Below, piece by piece: positions 17,473-20,000 of a stretch of 20,000 bases of DNA (positions within the stretch are counted from its first letter, which is position 1; each line of letters opens with the position of its first letter). This stretch comes from an uncultured virus (IMG/VR IMGVR_UViG_3300025767_000006) (taxonomy: Duplodnaviria; Heunggongvirae; Uroviricota; Caudoviricetes). The stretch lies in the IMG/VR virus record IMGVR_UViG_3300025767_000006; one strand, given 5' to 3'. The notes beneath the pieces were generated by a model. It was not told where the DNA came from. It saw nothing but the letters and a program-made list of their open reading frames with translations, and did no database searches. Made by a program: the position numbers and the translations under genes.

Positions 17473-18426
17473 ATGTTAAAATATATTATGACTTTCGTTA
17501 TTGCTGTGCTAGCAAACACGACTGTGTATGCATGGGAACCAACAGGTCCTATTACCGTTACGGTTCCTTCTTCTCCAACATCTCTTCATGCAACTGGCTT
17601 TATGTCAATTGAAGAAGCACTTGGTGTTGAAGTAATCTATGAGTTTAAACCAGGTGCCGCTGGTATTATCGGAACAAAACATTTTCTTAAATCTTACCCA
17701 GCAGATGGCCATCACGTGCTTTTGACTACAAGCATTAGTCATGTAATGGGTGAAGTCACCAACCCAGAGTTGGTTGATTACGATTGGGCGAATGATTTCG
17801 AATTTACTTCTGGCTTGATCACTTCTAGTATTGTGATCGCCGTAAAGCACGACACACCTATTAATTCATTAGCCGCATTGGTTGAATGGATTCGCACTTC
17901 AAATAAACCACTAAATATCACAACAACATTCCCTAATCAGATTGTTGCAACAAATCTTATTTTAGAAGCTGAAGGTATCTCAAAAGATAAAGTCAACTTT
18001 GTAAAATATAGAAAATCAGCAGAAGCTATTAAAGACGTAGCCGCTGGTGAAGTTGATATTTGGGTAGGTGGTATGCCACCAACAGTTGCGTTCTATAATA
18101 GTGGTGATATTAAGTATATTGCGGTAATGTCTAATGGAAGACTACCAGCATTGCCTAATACTGAAGCTGTTAATGAAACATATCCAGGAATTTTACAAAT
18201 GTCTACAGTCGGTGCCCTTTTAGCAAAAGGTACTGATCCAGAAATTGTAAAATGGTATGAAATTAATTTAGCAAAAGCCGTACAAAGTGAAAAAGCTAAG
18301 GCAGAACGCGAAAAAAGAATGATAAATATAGATAAAGCAGCACTTAATTCGCAAGGATTAAAGAATGCGTATATTGCTAATAGAAAACTATTAGAGCCAG
18401 GATACAGAGAAATTTTCGGAGAGTAA
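17473..18426 (+). CDS. TctC/Bug-like substrate-binding protein (second, divergent)
   Basis: Signal peptide ending VYA|W; PTGPITVTVP, KPGAAGIIG, PADGH, AIKDVAAGEVD and RLPALPN motifs. Confidence 0.88.
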   Translation: MLKYIMTFVIAVLANTTVYAWEPTGPITVTVPSSPTSLHATGFMSIEEALGVEVIYEFKPGAAGIIGTKHFLKSYPADGHHVLLTTSISHVMGEVTNPELVDYDWANDFEFTSGLITSSIVIAVKHDTPINSLAALVEWIRTSNKPLNITTTFPNQIVATNLILEAEGISKDKVNFVKYRKSAEAIKDVAAGEVDIWVGGMPPTVAFYNSGDIKYIAVMSNGRLPALPNTEAVNETYPGILQMSTVGALLAKGTDPEIVKWYEINLAKAVQSEKAKAEREKRMINIDKAALNSQGLKNAYIANRKLLEPGYREIFGE

Positions 18427-18432
18427 ACTAAA

Positions 18433-19389
18433 ATGGAAACTAAACAACTTACGTGGGTTATTGCACACGAACCATTCAATGTATTTTTGCGCGCAGCAAA
18501 AGTATTTAGTGCAAAAATCAAAGATAGCACTGATGGTAGATATGATCTACGGGTTTTAAGTCTATCCGAATGGAATAAAGAAACTGGTAGTAACTTATCT
18601 ATTCACTCTAGTGATAGAGAAAAAGTTGTTAGTTTAGTTAACTCTGGCAATATTGATATTGCTACAACATATGTAGAAACTCTAGGGAAGTTTGAAAAGA
18701 ACATGTTTTCCCTAGGGCTTCCATTCTTATTCGAAGATCATGGCCATGCCGAAAAAGTACTCGATGGAAAAATTGGTCAAAATCTGTTCTCATGGCTCGA
18801 GAAAAAATCTAATTTAAAAGGTTTAGCTTTTACATATTCAGGTGGATATAGGATTATTCCTTCAACAAAGACTCTAGAAAGACTTGAAGATTTCTATGAT
18901 CTTTCTATTGGTTGCTCCAAAAGCCCAGTATCTCAATCTATGTTTGAAGCAGTGCAAGCTAAACCAGTTCAAATGTTAGTTGATGAAATTAATCAAGCAA
19001 TGAAAGATGGTCGTATTGATGCTGGTACTACCACATATGCTCGATTCTTTGCTAGACAGCAGCATGAAGTAGCTAAATATATTAATGACACTTCACACTC
19101 ATTATTCCTTACTTCAATTGTAATGAATAAACAACTATGGGATTCTATGTCTGCTAATGATCAACAAGCATGGAAAGAAGCTTCATTAGAAGCAGCTAAA
19201 ATCGAAAGAGAAGATTCACTGGCAGATAATGTTAGAGTTCAAACAGAAGCAAAAGCTTTTGGCATTGATACTGTTGTTATGTCAGAAAAAGAAAGAGCAA
19301 GATTTTCTACAGCTCTTAAATCAGTTTATCCGCAATATGAGTCATTCTTTGAGAATGGCCTAGTTGCAGATATTAAAGGAGCAGCATAA
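18433..19389 (+). CDS. TRAP DctP-like substrate-binding protein (second), no signal peptide
   Basis: Shares WVIAHEP, LPFLF, GLAFTYSGGYR and NDTxHSLFLTSI with 11442-12383. Confidence 0.88.
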   Translation: METKQLTWVIAHEPFNVFLRAAKVFSAKIKDSTDGRYDLRVLSLSEWNKETGSNLSIHSSDREKVVSLVNSGNIDIATTYVETLGKFEKNMFSLGLPFLFEDHGHAEKVLDGKIGQNLFSWLEKKSNLKGLAFTYSGGYRIIPSTKTLERLEDFYDLSIGCSKSPVSQSMFEAVQAKPVQMLVDEINQAMKDGRIDAGTTTYARFFARQQHEVAKYINDTSHSLFLTSIVMNKQLWDSMSANDQQAWKEASLEAAKIEREDSLADNVRVQTEAKAFGIDTVVMSEKERARFSTALKSVYPQYESFFENGLVADIKGAA

Positions 19390-19682
19390 TGTATAAAACG
19401 GTTATGACATTTACTCGTCCTAGCGTTGATGTACCATTTTGGCAACCAACAAATGACATGATTCTACACACACAATCAGAATATAAGATTGTTCGTGAGC
19501 GCGCTATGTCTGAAGATGGTTTGGTTTTAACTTTGACAAACTATGCAGAAACCGAAGAAATTTGGTTAGCATATAAAGCAGAGTCTGAAAGTGGTGATCA
19601 AGACGCAGCTAATGCAAGAACAGCCTATAATGATGAAAATGGTATTGTTCGCACATGGGTATTTAAAGGCGAAGTAGAGTAA
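19389..19682 (+). CDS. small acidic hypothetical protein
   Basis: 97 aa, TAATG-coupled to the DctP-like gene. Confidence 0.75.
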   Translation: MYKTVMTFTRPSVDVPFWQPTNDMILHTQSEYKIVRERAMSEDGLVLTLTNYAETEEIWLAYKAESESGDQDAANARTAYNDENGIVRTWVFKGEVE

Positions 19683-20000
19683 TTAGACTAAGTCTTTTAC
19701 TTTTTCAAAAATTTCATCCCAAGATAGGAATGGTCCAGTATCAGTATTGGCCATTCCTATTTGTATGGTAAGCCGATCAATTCCATTCTGTGTATCAGTA
19801 CCATGCGGCAATTCTGAATTAATAATAGTAGGTATACCATCATGAATATGTGTGTAAATCGGATCTATTTTTAATTTTCTTGAAGCTTTAATATAAGCAT
19901 CTCTATCTCCAGACAATCGTAATTTTTTTATATAGTCAGGTTCTTCATACCAATAAGTTGGTGCTGGATCTGGTGATAGTGGTATCATTAATACAGCTGT
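19683..20000 (-). CDS. C-terminal part of a protein running off the window; possible cupin/2OG-Fe(II) oxygenase fold
   Basis: Frame is open to the window edge (...TAVLMIPL); PTIINSELPHGT...RLTIQI resembles the distal His/Arg of 2OG oxygenases. Confidence 0.55.
   Translation of the reverse strand, partial: TAVLMIPLSPDPAPTYWYEEPDYIKKLRLSGDRDAYIKASRKLKIDPIYTHIHDGIPTIINSELPHGTDTQNGIDRLTIQIGMANTDTGPFLSWDEIFEKVKDLV

Noticed and set aside
11062..18530. Shadow ORFs (11062-11271, 11468-11713, 11732-12088, 12695-12928, 12805-13044, 12857-13084, 14278-14487, 15269-15457, 15482-15778, 17605-17850, 18093-18530)
   Set aside because: All lie antisense or out of frame within clearly identified genes.
8133..19682. 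Bacterial chromosomal transporter operon or host contamination
   Set aside because: T4-type late promoters sit in its intergenic gaps, dctQM and regulators are absent, and gene packing is continuous with the phage genes; a chimeric assembly cannot be fully excluded.
1..20000. CRISPR array, integrase, transposase or intron
   Set aside because: No regularly spaced repeats or recognisable recombinase motifs seen, and thyX appears uninterrupted.

Overview
AT-rich, densely coding 20-kb segment that looks like a large T4-like (myovirus) phage genome, probably marine and infecting an alphaproteobacterium. Evidence: thyX, T4-type late promoters (TATAAATA), GTTTACA-N17-TATAAT early-type promoters, and a circularly permuted two-piece tmRNA of alphaproteobacterial type (tag ANDNFAPQDYALAA). 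Four blocks: (1) 1-2613, thyX and small early-type hypothetical ORFs; (2) 2510-7212, a minus-strand operon behind a late promoter, led by five signal-peptide proteins (including pilin-like and chaperone-like candidates), then an SNase-like nuclease and a DUF1353-like protein; (3) 7276-8132, an early promoter, a small ORF, the tmRNA and one secreted protein; (4) 8133-20000, a ~12-kb accessory island. The island interleaves a tripartite tricarboxylate transporter set (TctA, TctB, two TctC-like proteins) and two signal-peptide-less DctP-like TRAP binding proteins with two asparagine-synthetase-like ATP pyrophosphatases (each behind a ~200-aa unknown ORF), two or three 2OG-Fe(II) oxygenases and a GNAT acetyltransferase. 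All family calls come from motif recognition by eye; no database searches were run.
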